Positions 18,182-28,306 of a stretch of 64,000 nt of DNA are shown here, in pieces. The translations under genes and the position numbers were made by a program. This DNA is from Thermoproteota archaeon (lineage in GTDB: Archaea; Korarchaeota; Korarchaeia; B14-G2), in the NCBI GenBank assembly GCA_037917675.1, contig JAVCBW010000025.1, positions 4,550-68,549 on the forward strand, read 5' to 3'. Below the pieces are notes generated by a model that searched no databases, was not told the origin of the DNA, and saw only the letters and a program-made list of their open reading frames with translations. The stretch's first letter is position 1; every line of letters starts with the position of its first letter.

Positions 18182-19477
18182 CTAGTCTCTTATAAAGAAA
18201 ACCCATCCTTCTCTGGTCTTGGGATCCCATTCTATCTCAGGCTTTAGGAAGGTAGCGTAGAAAATGCACCCTCTCCAGACTGAGTATTGTGGGTCGCTTG
18301 CCATCATGACCCTTGGTACATCTATGTTTTCCTTTCGCAGCTCATATCTGATTTTTGTAGGTGCGCCTACGGCATAGTTGCTGAGCTCAGGGGGGGCTTT
18401 CCATGAGAAGTTTCCTCCTGAGAGGATTATCATGCTTGTTACGTATCTTCTGACCTCTATTGCACACTTATCTAGCGACTCCTTCACAACTTGAGCTATG
18501 CTAGCGTCTCCTGGTATCCTCCCCCAGGGTAGAGGGGTGTCGAGAGGCCTGTGAAAGCCTCTGCTATAGTATGATTCGAACTCCTGGTGGGAGGGGTTGA
18601 AGAAGTATTCTCCTATGAGAAACCTTTGCCAGCTCTCTTTCTCCATCTCTATGCGTACTCCAGCTTCTGGGATCTGAAACACAGCCCTGAACCTTCTTGG
18701 GTTCCTTTTTGCCTCTGATATCGCTCTATCTAGGTCTAGGGGGATCAGCCCTACTGCCTCCTTAAACTCCGTGACTATCTTCTCCTCTCTAGCTATATCC
18801 TGGTATCCCAGGTCTCTTAGTATCTGTCTTGCCATGTTATCTGCATCTTGTCCTCCTCTATTCAGAGGGATCATCGCGCCATATATTATCCCTCGGCTTA
18901 TCGGTGTTATCTGAGTGTTCCCGTGCCCTGACTCTATGACTATGCAGTGTATTTGCTTCTGTGAGATAGCTACAGCAAGAGGCTGTGGTATTATCGTAAG
19001 CGCCTGCACTAGAGGCTGGCTAGACTCCTCGTTTATCTCGCGGTGTATGTCTATGAGCTTTTCATACATTGAGTTTGGTGAGTTGGCAGCTATCGCTGCA
19101 GCAACCCAAAACCCTTTGAAGCCAGGGTAGTGTAGGTCACCGGGTCTTGGAGCATATTTGTTTAAGGCGTATCTGGTTATCTCCTTTATGACAGCCCATC
19201 CCTTCTCATCGTCTCTGCTCACTGTCCCGTATCTCATTGGGTAATATAGCTTTGAGAGGTCGCTTATTGACTGGAGGAACTGAGCTAGGTCTGGGCCCAC
19301 AATCACCTTGGTAGCTGGGGCTCCTAGAGCTTGTTCTACACGTGTTGGTGTGTAGAAGTAGCCTCTATTCTCAAACATGTCTGGCTTGTTACCTAGAGCT
19401 GCTGGGCCGAACTTGAAGTATGATGTCCCATAGTCTTCTCCAAACGCTAGGAGCTTTCTTCTTTCAACCCACTCCAT
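18182..19477 (-). CDS. Crenactin (archaeal actin homologue)
   Basis: Actin-fold motifs DYGTSYFKFGP, IIPQPLAVAI, VIESGHGNT, LNRGG, ILSGGNFSW, DPQYSVWRG and TREGW, matching the crenactin signature remembered from Pyrobaculum. 431 aa. Confidence 0.8.
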   Translation of the reverse strand: MEWVERRKLLAFGEDYGTSYFKFGPAALGNKPDMFENRGYFYTPTRVEQALGAPATKVIVGPDLAQFLQSISDLSKLYYPMRYGTVSRDDEKGWAVIKEITRYALNKYAPRPGDLHYPGFKGFWVAAAIAANSPNSMYEKLIDIHREINEESSQPLVQALTIIPQPLAVAISQKQIHCIVIESGHGNTQITPISRGIIYGAMIPLNRGGQDADNMARQILRDLGYQDIAREEKIVTEFKEAVGLIPLDLDRAISEAKRNPRRFRAVFQIPEAGVRIEMEKESWQRFLIGEYFFNPSHQEFESYYSRGFHRPLDTPLPWGRIPGDASIAQVVKESLDKCAIEVRRYVTSMIILSGGNFSWKAPPELSNYAVGAPTKIRYELRKENIDVPRVMMASDPQYSVWRGCIFYATFLKPEIEWDPKTREGWVFFIRD

Positions 19478-19537
19478 GAGCGAGTCACTAGGAAGCTATG
19501 CTGAACTAATTTAAAGGTTCTATCATGCAAGTGTGTA

Positions 19538-20218
19538 GTGGTTAGGTTGGCGAGGGTAGTTGAGATACTTCCTGAGCTTTATGCTATAGTCAGCTATGGT
19601 TTTAGCTCTAACAGCTACGTGGTGAAGTCGGATCCGCCTGTGGTAGTTGATACTGGGCTGAGTGAGGTGGTAGGAGAGCTAGTGAGGCTCCTCAAGGCCA
19701 GAGAGGCTGTTGTAGTGTTTACACATGCCCACTTCGATCATACTGGAGGCTTTAAGATGCTCTCGAGGAGGATAAGATGCTATACTGTCGCTAGTAGAGA
19801 GGATGGTGAAGCTCTTATTAGAGGAGATGAGGACAGGATACTCTACAAGTTCTTTGGTATCAAGGATTATAGGGTTAGTATAGATAGGTTTGTTAGAGAG
19901 GGAAGCACGATAGAGGCTGGCGACTATGAGTTTAGGGTACTAGAGACACCAGGGCATACACCTGGCTCAATTTGCCTCTATGAAGAAAGATATAGGATTC
20001 TAGTCAGTGGAGATACTGTGTTCACTGGTGGAGGTGTTGGGAGAGTAGACTTTCCAGGTGGGAGCTTTAGATATCTCCTGAGATCTCTAAGGAGGCTTGC
20101 ATCACTTGAGGTGAGGGCTCTTCTCCCTGGGCATGGGAGCATAGAGACTGAGGATGGAGGTAGTGAGGTTAAGCTGGCTTTAACTATGGTTGAGAGGATG
20201 GGAGCTAGCTTCTTTTGA
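19538..20218 (+). CDS. MBL-fold metallo-hydrolase
   Basis: HAHFDHTGG metal-binding motif, plus downstream His and Asp residues. Confidence 0.7.
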   Translation: MVRLARVVEILPELYAIVSYGFSSNSYVVKSDPPVVVDTGLSEVVGELVRLLKAREAVVVFTHAHFDHTGGFKMLSRRIRCYTVASREDGEALIRGDEDRILYKFFGIKDYRVSIDRFVREGSTIEAGDYEFRVLETPGHTPGSICLYEERYRILVSGDTVFTGGGVGRVDFPGGSFRYLLRSLRRLASLEVRALLPGHGSIETEDGGSEVKLALTMVERMGASFF

Positions 20219-21317
20219 CAGCTGCACCATCTACAGCTATGGTAGCTGGCCTCCCCTCTTCTCCATCTACTGTGAATTGCACTCCCAGGATTCTTTCTGC
20301 TACAGCTATGTTAGATAGGGTATGTAGCGTTAGGCATGATACTCTTATCTCTGAGCGTCCTGATGCCATAGCCATGTAGGGGATCAGCATGTCACCTAGG
20401 TGGCGGTCGACTGGAGCACCTAGCTGGATTTCATCGAGAAGCTTCTCAGCTGCCTCTCTACCTACCTCCTCACTAGGCTTTCCTCTCTTGCCTAGAGCAT
20501 CTGCACCAAGTATGTTACCTAGCTCATCTACTGCCCAGAGTACTATGCCTGCTCCAGGGCCTAGGTGCTCTCTGTTAGGCCTGTAATCTAGCTTTATCTC
20601 CACGTCCTGTATGCCATGAGCTCTGAGTTCCTTTTCTGCTGAAGCAGCTATCCTCTCTGCTACATGTCTAGGTAGCTTGACTGCATGAGCTATCCCAGAT
20701 ACCTTTACTATTCTCCCTCTCTCTGTCCTTGAGATGGGGGCGAGCACACTCACAGGCTCTACTTCAACTTCACAAAGACCTCCTCCTCTAGGATAGTGCC
20801 CCCTACGTAATAAGCTAAGGGATACTCTAATGCCCATGACTCTCAGAGCAGGGAGGAACACATGGTGAAAGTAGTCTATGGGAGGCGCCATCGGGACATC
20901 TGTGCCTCCTATGACCTTCAGCCTTACTTTAGATGAAGCGAATGCTGCTGCAGGGAGTATAGCTTGGAGGAGGAGAGTTATCGACCCTGCTGTCCCTATG
21001 TCTAGGACATATGACCCTCCTAGAACCTTCTGCGGGTAGAATGAGACGTCTTGTGAGCTTATTGAGAGGCCTGTAGCTTTTCCTGCAGTCATCCTTACTA
21101 GAGCTTTGGCTACCATGAGGTGCTGTGGCCTCAGCCCAGGCTTTGGCCTTTTGGCTCGTATCTTGAATACCCTAACAGGCTTCCTAGCTGCAGCAGATAG
21201 GGCTAGTGAGCTCCTGAATATTGCTCCACCACCTTCATATATGCTCCCATCTATTTCTACAAGCATCTCAGACCCCTGAGGCATGAGGTGAGGTGGTAAA
21301 GTGCATGCATTAGTCAT
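20205..21317 (-). CDS. rtcA: RNA 3'-terminal phosphate cyclase
   Basis: N-terminal [19 protein letters not shown] signature. About 370 aa. Confidence 0.75.
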   Translation of the reverse strand: MTNACTLPPHLMPQGSEMLVEIDGSIYEGGGAIFRSSLALSAAARKPVRVFKIRAKRPKPGLRPQHLMVAKALVRMTAGKATGLSISSQDVSFYPQKVLGGSYVLDIGTAGSITLLLQAILPAAAFASSKVRLKVIGGTDVPMAPPIDYFHHVFLPALRVMGIRVSLSLLRRGHYPRGGGLCEVEVEPVSVLAPISRTERGRIVKVSGIAHAVKLPRHVAERIAASAEKELRAHGIQDVEIKLDYRPNREHLGPGAGIVLWAVDELGNILGADALGKRGKPSEEVGREAAEKLLDEIQLGAPVDRHLGDMLIPYMAMASGRSEIRVSCLTLHTLSNIAVAERILGVQFTVDGEEGRPATIAVDGAAVKRS

Positions 21318-21834
21318 CGGGAGGTTTCAGCCACTACACCTGGGGCATGTTCACGCACTTAAGTATGTGATGAGCAGGTGTAGCTACATGATAATTGGTG
21401 TAGGGAGTTCACAGTACTCTTGGACTTGGAGAAACCCCTTCTCGGCTTCAGAGAGGATGGAGATGATTGTAAGAGCACTTAGAGCTGAGGGCATGGATCT
21501 AGGTAGGATAGCTTTAGTACCCATCCCAGACAGCACGCCTGACCAGCCTAACTGGCCTAAGATAGTCTTAGAGAGAAGCCCTAAGTTTGATGTCGTGTAC
21601 TCCAATGACAGCTGGACTCGCAGAGAGCTTGAGGCAGCCGGTATTGCAGTGAAGCCTATACCATTTTACCATAGAGATGTGTACTCGGCAACTAGGATAA
21701 GGACCCTAATGGCCTCTGGTGACAGCAGCTGGGTAAAGCTTGTCCCGAGAGCTGTCGTTGAGTTTATAGAGGAGGTGAATGGAGTAGACAGAGTTAGAGA
21801 GATATGGGTAAGACGGCAGAAGTTAGGCAGCTAA
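21301..21834 (+). CDS. Nicotinamide-nucleotide adenylyltransferase (archaeal NMNAT)
   Basis: GRFQPLHLGH (HxGH) cytidylyltransferase motif. 177 aa. Confidence 0.7.
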   Translation: MHALVIGRFQPLHLGHVHALKYVMSRCSYMIIGVGSSQYSWTWRNPFSASERMEMIVRALRAEGMDLGRIALVPIPDSTPDQPNWPKIVLERSPKFDVVYSNDSWTRRELEAAGIAVKPIPFYHRDVYSATRIRTLMASGDSSWVKLVPRAVVEFIEEVNGVDRVREIWVRRQKLGS

Positions 21835-23375
21835 GATCCTGGTAGGACTTCCAGAGCTCCTTGCCTATAGGCTTGGACCACTCTCTTCCCTAGCCCTCCT
21901 CTCCGAGCTAATATGATCTTCCCATTTTCATCCGTTAAGGCAGATCCTATGAGCCTTCCATGAGCATAGAAGGATACTTCTGTGTTCATGTGTTCTTCTC
22001 CGAGGTCTATTACAACAGAATTCTTTCTGAGCGTAACCCTGTAGTGTATGCCTGTAGCAGGTCTTGCAACAGGCATCACAATGACTTCTTCAGCAAAGCT
22101 ATAGATTTCATACTCTACGCTTCCAGTCTCGAAGTCTTTGACGAGAACTACTGGCCTAGCGAGGGCCTTATCCCGTAGGCCTGTTGGGAGCTTCACTACT
22201 AGTGAGAGGGCATATACCTTCTCTATGGCTCCATCTCGGATGAAGATCACTGTATCCACTACATGAGGTATGATACCTAGCTCTACTCTGCCTATAAACC
22301 TCTCTATGGCTTCTATTGGAGAGCCACAGTGCACCACTCCTATCATCCCTATTCCAGCTAGCCTCATGTCTCTGTATACGTCAAAGTCATCATCTGATCT
22401 CATCTCATCAAAGCAGATGACATCAGGCCTCACTAGCAGAAGCACTTCACAGGACTCCTTGAATGAGCCATTTATCTTGCCATACTGTGTTATCTCTGGG
22501 CCTACCTGGAGGTCTCTCGGCGACTCTAAGGTTTTAACGATTTTTCCAGCCTCTCTGTAGAAGTCTGCTAGAGCGCTCGTGAATGTTGTCTTACCTGCTC
22601 CAGGTGGGCCAGCCACAAGTATTCCTTCAGATTTCTCAGCTAGCCTTCTTTTCAGCTTTGAGGAAAGCCTATAGTCCTCTAGCGTGACCTTAGCTATGGG
22701 TTTTACAGCAGTGATCTCTATTCCATCAGAGAATGGTGGGAAAGCTATGGCTATACGGTAGCTCCCATACTGTATGACATAGGCATTTCTCTTTGAGACC
22801 TCTAGCATGCAGTCAGGGTCTTCTCCAGCCTTCTCTAGGAGCGCGTGAGCTATCGATAATAGCTGCTCTCTTTGGATGGGGGTCTCAGACAGCGCTACAA
22901 GCTTTATCCTGCCGGGCTTTCCTACTTTAGCTGTTGGGGGTACACCTTCTTTGAGGTGGATGCTTAAAGTGTCCTTCTTGAAGAGCGTGAAGAACTCGCT
23001 GAGATCTGCCTCTGGAGGAAGGTACTTGTGTGGGACTCCAAGCGACTTGAGGATCTGAGATCTTATCTTGTCTGCTGTAAGCACTGTGAGCTCAGGAGTA
23101 GAGTCAGCTAGCTTTCTGAGTGAAGCAGCATCAAGCTTCACAGGTACTATAGAGAGCTTTGTAACAGCTTTCTTCTCGATGAGGAGAGGTATGCTCTCAA
23201 GCTCTAGGAGTGCAGCTCTAGCAAAGAAATCTCCTCTCCTAGCTTGCTGCTCAAGTTCACCTACCATGAAACTGGATATAACGAGCTCTGCTGGAGTCTC
23301 CAATATCCCGTGTTCAAATGCAGTTCGAAGCTTACCTCTCTCTAGAACAGAGCGGTCTACTAGGTACTTTGGCAT
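21831..23375 (-). CDS. PilT-family ATPase with PIN/KH domains (COG1855-like)
   Basis: Walker A GPPGAGKTT centrally, with N- and C-terminal nucleic-acid-binding-like regions. Confidence 0.5.
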   Translation of the reverse strand: MPKYLVDRSVLERGKLRTAFEHGILETPAELVISSFMVGELEQQARRGDFFARAALLELESIPLLIEKKAVTKLSIVPVKLDAASLRKLADSTPELTVLTADKIRSQILKSLGVPHKYLPPEADLSEFFTLFKKDTLSIHLKEGVPPTAKVGKPGRIKLVALSETPIQREQLLSIAHALLEKAGEDPDCMLEVSKRNAYVIQYGSYRIAIAFPPFSDGIEITAVKPIAKVTLEDYRLSSKLKRRLAEKSEGILVAGPPGAGKTTFTSALADFYREAGKIVKTLESPRDLQVGPEITQYGKINGSFKESCEVLLLVRPDVICFDEMRSDDDFDVYRDMRLAGIGMIGVVHCGSPIEAIERFIGRVELGIIPHVVDTVIFIRDGAIEKVYALSLVVKLPTGLRDKALARPVVLVKDFETGSVEYEIYSFAEEVIVMPVARPATGIHYRVTLRKNSVVIDLGEEHMNTEVSFYAHGRLIGSALTDENGKIILARRGGLGKRVVQAYRQGALEVLPGS

Positions 23376-23384
23376 AAACTCCCC

Positions 23385-23699
23385 ATGCTTAAGCTATATG
23401 TCACCTGGGAGCTAACTCTTAAAGGTTACTTGAAGCTAGTTCTTGGGGCTAGAGAATTGGATGACTATAGAAAGTGTAGGAGGTGTGGAGCTATTGTTTC
23501 TGGAAGCGAGCTTGTTGAAACTGAAAGTGGACATAAGGCCTGCCCGTATTGTGGATCTACGGTACTAAATGTGATCAGCATAAGGAGCTTTAGGAGAAAG
23601 CTTGCCGGTAGGAGAAGCATTGAAGAGGCTCCTGAGAGGGAGGAGGAGAAGCCGGTGAGGCGGCCTATTAGAAAGAAATCTAAGTACCTTCTTGAGTAA
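23385..23699 (+). CDS. Zinc-ribbon protein (hypothetical)
   Basis: CRRCG..CPYCG C4 ribbon and a basic C-terminus. Confidence 0.35.
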   Translation: MLKLYVTWELTLKGYLKLVLGARELDDYRKCRRCGAIVSGSELVETESGHKACPYCGSTVLNVISIRSFRRKLAGRRSIEEAPEREEEKPVRRPIRKKSKYLLE

Positions 23700-24282
23700 T
23701 CCTTAGGATTATCGCTCTGGATGAGACAAACAGCTTATATGGGTCTGTCTCACCCCTTAGCTCCTCTAGGATCCTTTCCACAATCTTGCCACAGGGGTCT
23801 TTTATTCCAACTCTTTCCTCTATGTCCTTGAAGCTTGAGAAAGGCTTGACCTTACGTTCATCTAAAATCTTCCACATCGTTTTCTTCCCTATGTTGGGGA
23901 GGAGCTCGAGTTGGTGGAGTTTTATGGTTATTGGGCCACTACTGTTGAAAAATTCAACGAATTTCCTCTCATTTGTCTCAACTATCCTCCTGACTATCGA
24001 TGGAAGCTCTGATTTCGCAGAGAACGTTAGGTCTTCGTAACGGATTGTGCGTATCACATGCTCTACTTCAAGACGTAAGTCCTTATTTGCTCCTATGTAA
24101 ACCCTCCTGCCGACTTCGACTCTTATTCCAGGAGACAGAGCGAGCTCTAGGAGTGTGAAGTATTTTTCTCCTATAGCTTGAGCTCTACGCCTCATCCTAC
24201 TACCAAACACATCTAGAATCACTGAGTAGTCTTCGAGATAGGCTCTTCTCCTGTCAGAGGTTCTTCTCAAGGAGAGCACCAC
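23680..24282 (-). CDS. DUF655/HhH nucleic-acid-binding protein of the conserved L21e-RpoF-COG1491 cluster
   Basis: Position downstream of rpoF, matching the conserved archaeal order. GIG-like HhH motif LPNIGKK. Confidence 0.45.
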   Translation of the reverse strand: MVLSLRRTSDRRRAYLEDYSVILDVFGSRMRRRAQAIGEKYFTLLELALSPGIRVEVGRRVYIGANKDLRLEVEHVIRTIRYEDLTFSAKSELPSIVRRIVETNERKFVEFFNSSGPITIKLHQLELLPNIGKKTMWKILDERKVKPFSSFKDIEERVGIKDPCGKIVERILEELRGETDPYKLFVSSRAIILRITQEGT

Positions 24283-24284
24283 AG

Positions 24285-24641
24285 CTAACTGGCTTTTATG
24301 GCAGCCTTAATTGCCTTTAGAATAGCATCCTGCTTTTCTCCTGTCAGAAGAGGGTAATCTTTGAAGAGGAATACTCTTATCTCATCCTTGGAGAGAGGTA
24401 CTACATTCACAAGCTGGATTGCATGCTTCTCTGATATGCCTATCTCCTCGACAAGGAACCTCACTAGTTCTCGGGCTTTGTCCGCATTCATCTTAGAGAA
24501 CTTTCTGACATAGTCTCTTATGCTTCTCTGTGTTGTCTCGAGGTCTTCTTCCCTCGCGTCCCAAACCTTATCAAGTATCTCCTTTACTTCTGGGAGAGAG
24601 ACTGGCCTCCTGCTACCTTTGACCTCCTCCAATTGCCACAC
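24285..24641 (-). CDS. rpoF: RNA polymerase subunit Rpo4/RpoF
   Basis: 118 aa. Position immediately after rpl21e. Confidence 0.5.
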   Translation of the reverse strand: MWQLEEVKGSRRPVSLPEVKEILDKVWDAREEDLETTQRSIRDYVRKFSKMNADKARELVRFLVEEIGISEKHAIQLVNVVPLSKDEIRVFLFKDYPLLTGEKQDAILKAIKAAIKAS

Positions 24642-24935
24642 CTACTTCATGAGAGAGATGTGCTCTGACCTGACAAAAAGAGTCTTCTCCTTGCTTCCTA
24701 ACCTAGTTTTCAGTATGATAGCTCTGCCCCTATACCCAGCTACGACAGCCACCTTCCCATGATACCTGTAGTGGGGCATCCCCCTGTGTACAGCAGGGTT
24801 TATCTTGATTACAACTTCATCTCCTATGTTAGGCTTCCTTAATATGGTGGAGGGAGGAGGCATGCCCCTCTCTCTAGGATGCTTTCGAAGCAGGCTTCTG
24901 GTTCTTCTTCTATACCCTTTAGATGGCTTGACCAA
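24642..24935 (-). CDS. rpl21e: 50S ribosomal protein L21e
   Basis: KGYRRRTR..HRGMPHYRYHGKVAVV signature. Confidence 0.8.
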   Translation of the reverse strand: MVKPSKGYRRRTRSLLRKHPRERGMPPPSTILRKPNIGDEVVIKINPAVHRGMPHYRYHGKVAVVAGYRGRAIILKTRLGSKEKTLFVRSEHISLMK

Positions 24936-24945
24936 GCGTCACACC

Positions 24946-26079
24946 TCACTCCACACTAGCAACGTCTAGGAGCTCACATATAACTTTTTTAGATAGTAGA
25001 GAGGAGAGTGAGGGGAATGTCCTACCATCATCTCCAGAGATAAGCTCTCTTATATAGAGACCTCCCTCACACTTAATCCATAGCAGCATTCTGCTGCTGC
25101 TCAGAAGGACCCCTCTGCAGGAGTATATTTTCTTACGTCTGAGCCTGTTTGCTCTCCTATGTAGAACTCTCTTTGGTGTCCATTGATGGATGATCTTTCC
25201 AGACAGCTCCACCTCAGCTTTCTTGATATCCTCATCTGTGAGGGGTTCGCCTTCTGAGCGAACTATAACTCTGTAGGTCTTAGGAGCTGCAGCCTCAGAC
25301 TGCTTCATACGCCTTACAGAGCTTGGTGAAGCAAAGGAGAGGTCCCTGACCACTATTAGGCCTTCAGCTCTTTTGTTCACCTCATCCTCCAGCTTCTTTA
25401 GGTCTATTCTCCTCCTTTTAGGCTGCATAACTTCTACAATGAATGGGCGGCCTTCACCTAGCATGAGAGCATCAACATCCTCTCGGCCGCTAGCGTGAAA
25501 TATGGCTCTTGCTCCTCCAGTTGCCTCTAAGATGGGTGGAGATATTAGCATCTCTATGGAGTATGGATAGGTGTAGCCTGTCCAGTTGCATCTGCTGCAG
25601 CCTTCTCCTTTGCACTTTCTACAGTACCAGGTTGCCTGGGATATGTTCCTAGCGAGCTTCAGATACCTTCCAGAGATTAGCAGCGGGTTTACTTGGGTTG
25701 TTGTAGTCCATGAGATTATATCGAATAGGACTATGACATCTGGAGCTGTAGAGGATATTTGGCATGCAGTTTTGGTAGATAGCTCTTTGTCTAACAGCTT
25801 GTTCACATACACTTTGATCGGAGGGTATATTTCAGCGTTATAAAGCGACCTTAGCGTGTCTTCTCTCTCCACTATGTCAGAGGGTATGCGGGTAGCAGAT
25901 TTCAGAGTACTATACTCTAGTTCACTTAGCTTATTCAAGGCATCCTCGACGAGCTCATGTAGCTTGTCTATGATGCCCATGCATATGAAGCATGATGAGG
26001 TAGTGGTTTCTATCTTTAGAGACCCTCTACTCTTTATCCTGCTGGAGCAGTGTTTGCAGAGTTGGATTTTAGCCTGCAT
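24946..26079 (-). CDS. tRNA pseudouridine synthase Pus10 (putative)
   Basis: About 377 aa. N-terminal zinc motifs (CKHC..CFIC, CRKCKGEGCSRC), a THUMP-like region and a C-terminal catalytic-like region. Confidence 0.5.
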   Translation of the reverse strand: MQAKIQLCKHCSSRIKSRGSLKIETTTSSCFICMGIIDKLHELVEDALNKLSELEYSTLKSATRIPSDIVEREDTLRSLYNAEIYPPIKVYVNKLLDKELSTKTACQISSTAPDVIVLFDIISWTTTTQVNPLLISGRYLKLARNISQATWYCRKCKGEGCSRCNWTGYTYPYSIEMLISPPILEATGGARAIFHASGREDVDALMLGEGRPFIVEVMQPKRRRIDLKKLEDEVNKRAEGLIVVRDLSFASPSSVRRMKQSEAAAPKTYRVIVRSEGEPLTDEDIKKAEVELSGKIIHQWTPKRVLHRRANRLRRKKIYSCRGVLLSSSRMLLWIKCEGGLYIRELISGDDGRTFPSLSSLLSKKVICELLDVASVE

Positions 26080-26080
26080 C

Positions 26081-27418
26081 TTATGGCACTGACCTTGTGA
26101 GCTTTTCTAGCATCCTCTTAGCAGCTCTATCTGATTTAAAGGCTTTCATCATCCTCTTTGCCCTCTTGTAGTTTGAGAGCATCTCCCTCACGTCCTCTGG
26201 ATATACTCCTGCACCCCTAGCGATCCTGTTTATTCTAGATCTGTCTATTATCTTTGGGTTCTCAAGCTCTTCTCTAGTCATTGAGTCCATTATGACTAGC
26301 CACTTGTCAATCTTCTTTGAGGCTTCTTGAGCAGCCTCAGGTGGGAGGTTCAGGCTTAGGCCTCCTGGAAGTAGCTCTAGCAGCTTAGATAATGGACCTA
26401 GCTTTCTTGCTTGCTGCAGCTGTAGTCTGAAGGCCAAGAGGTTGAACTTCTCTGGCAGAAGCTCTGCTTCCTTGAGCTTCTTCATCTCTATATATGCTTC
26501 ATGAAGTCTTTCAGATAGAGCTCTAAGATCTCCCATCCCTAGAAGCCTTGACACGAACCCATTTGGGTCAAAGGGCTCTATTTCATCAAGCTTCTCTCCA
26601 GTGCAGATGAAGTAGATTGGGGCACCAGTCGCAACAACTGCTGATAGAGCCCCACCTCCCTTTGCCGTGCCATCTAGCTTTGTCACAATCACTCCTCCTA
26701 TGGGTGATACCTCATGGAAAGCTTTAGCTTGCTGGTAGGCGAATTGGCCTGTTGCTGCGTCAACCACCAGGAAAGTGTGGGTTGGCTTTACTTTAGCTGA
26801 GATCACTTGCATTTCTTCTATCAGACTCTGCTCATTCTTATGTCTCCCTGCAGTGTCTACTAGGATCACATTGTATCCCTCTTCACGGAGCTTTTTGACA
26901 CCATGCTCCGCTAGCTCTGGAGCTTTGACGCCCCTCTCCCAGTACACGGGAATTTCGTGCTCTGATAGAAGATCTAGTAGCTGCTGGTAGGCACCTGGCC
27001 TATGGTCATCGGCACAGACTACTGCTACCCTGTATCCTTTTCTCTTTAGAAGCACAGCTAGCTTAGCTACTGTGGTTGTTTTCCCGGAGCCCTCTATGCC
27101 GACGAATAGCATTATATTTGTCCCCTTAGCTAGCTGTAGAGTAGGCCTCCTTTCACCAAGGATCTCTACTAGGCCATCATAGACAGATTTTAGGACTATG
27201 TCTCTCCTAGAGAAGCCTGGAGGGACCTCTGCTGATAAGCTCTTCTCCCTTACTTTCCTCGTGAATTCAGCTACTATCCTTACGTTTACATCAGCTTTTA
27301 TGAGAGCTCTCTGGATCTCCTTTAAGAGAGCGTTCACAGCTCGCTCGTCTGCAGTTGGTACCCTAAGGAACCTCTTAACTGCATTGGATAGCGACCTCTT
27401 AAGGTTATAGAGGCTCAC
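26081..27418 (-). CDS. srp54: Signal recognition particle protein SRP54
   Basis: GTPase G-domain (GIEGSGKTTT, DTAGR, TKLD) and a Met-rich C-terminal M-domain. Confidence 0.85.
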   Translation of the reverse strand: MSLYNLKRSLSNAVKRFLRVPTADERAVNALLKEIQRALIKADVNVRIVAEFTRKVREKSLSAEVPPGFSRRDIVLKSVYDGLVEILGERRPTLQLAKGTNIMLFVGIEGSGKTTTVAKLAVLLKRKGYRVAVVCADDHRPGAYQQLLDLLSEHEIPVYWERGVKAPELAEHGVKKLREEGYNVILVDTAGRHKNEQSLIEEMQVISAKVKPTHTFLVVDAATGQFAYQQAKAFHEVSPIGGVIVTKLDGTAKGGGALSAVVATGAPIYFICTGEKLDEIEPFDPNGFVSRLLGMGDLRALSERLHEAYIEMKKLKEAELLPEKFNLLAFRLQLQQARKLGPLSKLLELLPGGLSLNLPPEAAQEASKKIDKWLVIMDSMTREELENPKIIDRSRINRIARGAGVYPEDVREMLSNYKRAKRMMKAFKSDRAAKRMLEKLTRSVP

Positions 27419-27428
27419 TTAAGGCACC

Positions 27429-27833
27429 TTATGCCTTAGAGCGTACTTCCATGATCTTCCTCTTGTTCAAGGCGATCCAGTACTCTACTTCAGCTCCAAC
27501 AGCTATCTTGTCTCTTAGCTCAGGATCTTCTGGAAGCTCGGCTTCAAATGTCTCGAAGGACTCTAGATCCATTAGCTGGACTTCAGACGGCCCTACATAC
27601 GTTACTTGAGCCACTCTCTTGTCTATAATTGGGATCTCTACCCTAGCGTCTACAGGGAGTATAGCTTCTCTCCTCTTCTTATCGAATGCACCTATTGCCT
27701 GTATTCTGACTTTTGCTGCACCATGCTTTCCTGGCTTTGACTTGTCGACTGAGATGATCTGGCAGGCCTCTCCATCTATAACTATATAGTGGCCTTTCTT
27801 AAGCTCTCCAGCTGTCTTGTATGTGGTACTCAA
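27429..27833 (-). CDS. eif5a: Translation initiation factor 5A (aIF5A)
   Basis: Hypusine loop PGKHGAAKV. Size 134 aa. Confidence 0.8.
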   Translation of the reverse strand: MSTTYKTAGELKKGHYIVIDGEACQIISVDKSKPGKHGAAKVRIQAIGAFDKKRREAILPVDARVEIPIIDKRVAQVTYVGPSEVQLMDLESFETFEAELPEDPELRDKIAVGAEVEYWIALNKRKIMEVRSKA

Positions 27834-27859
27834 CTAGCACCCCTGTTTGCTGAGGGCTT

Positions 27860-28306
27860 TTACCTATAAGACTTTTGTACCCTCGCTCTAGCAGATCTTC
27901 CTCCAAACTTCTTTGGCTCAGTTTGCCTTGGGTCTCCAGCTATTATGGTGCGGTCGTACTCTATGTATGCCTCTTTGAGCTCTTCTGATCTTGTCCACTC
28001 TACGAGAGCTCGCCCTATGGCCATTCGAGCTGCATCAGCTTGAGCCATGAAGCCCCCTCCTTTAACTGCTACATGTATGTCAAGATTTCGAATAGAGTCC
28101 TCGCCTAAGACTAGTTCCGCTATCTTCAGCGGCTCTAGTATCTTTGCTCTAACGAACTCGTTTGGTGCAAACACATTTACTAGGAAGCCGTTTATTCTAA
28201 GCTCACCTCTGCCTGGCTTAATTACTGCAGCAGCTCTTGCAGTCTTCCTCTTGGCTGAAGCAAACACATAAGGCCTCTTCTCGGCTTCAAAGCTCATGGA
28301 TTCCAC
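27860..28306 (-). CDS. rps9: 30S ribosomal protein S9
   Basis: C-terminal GGRSARARVQKSYR. Confidence 0.85.
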   Translation of the reverse strand: MESMSFEAEKRPYVFASAKRKTARAAAVIKPGRGELRINGFLVNVFAPNEFVRAKILEPLKIAELVLGEDSIRNLDIHVAVKGGGFMAQADAARMAIGRALVEWTRSEELKEAYIEYDRTIIAGDPRQTEPKKFGGRSARARVQKSYR

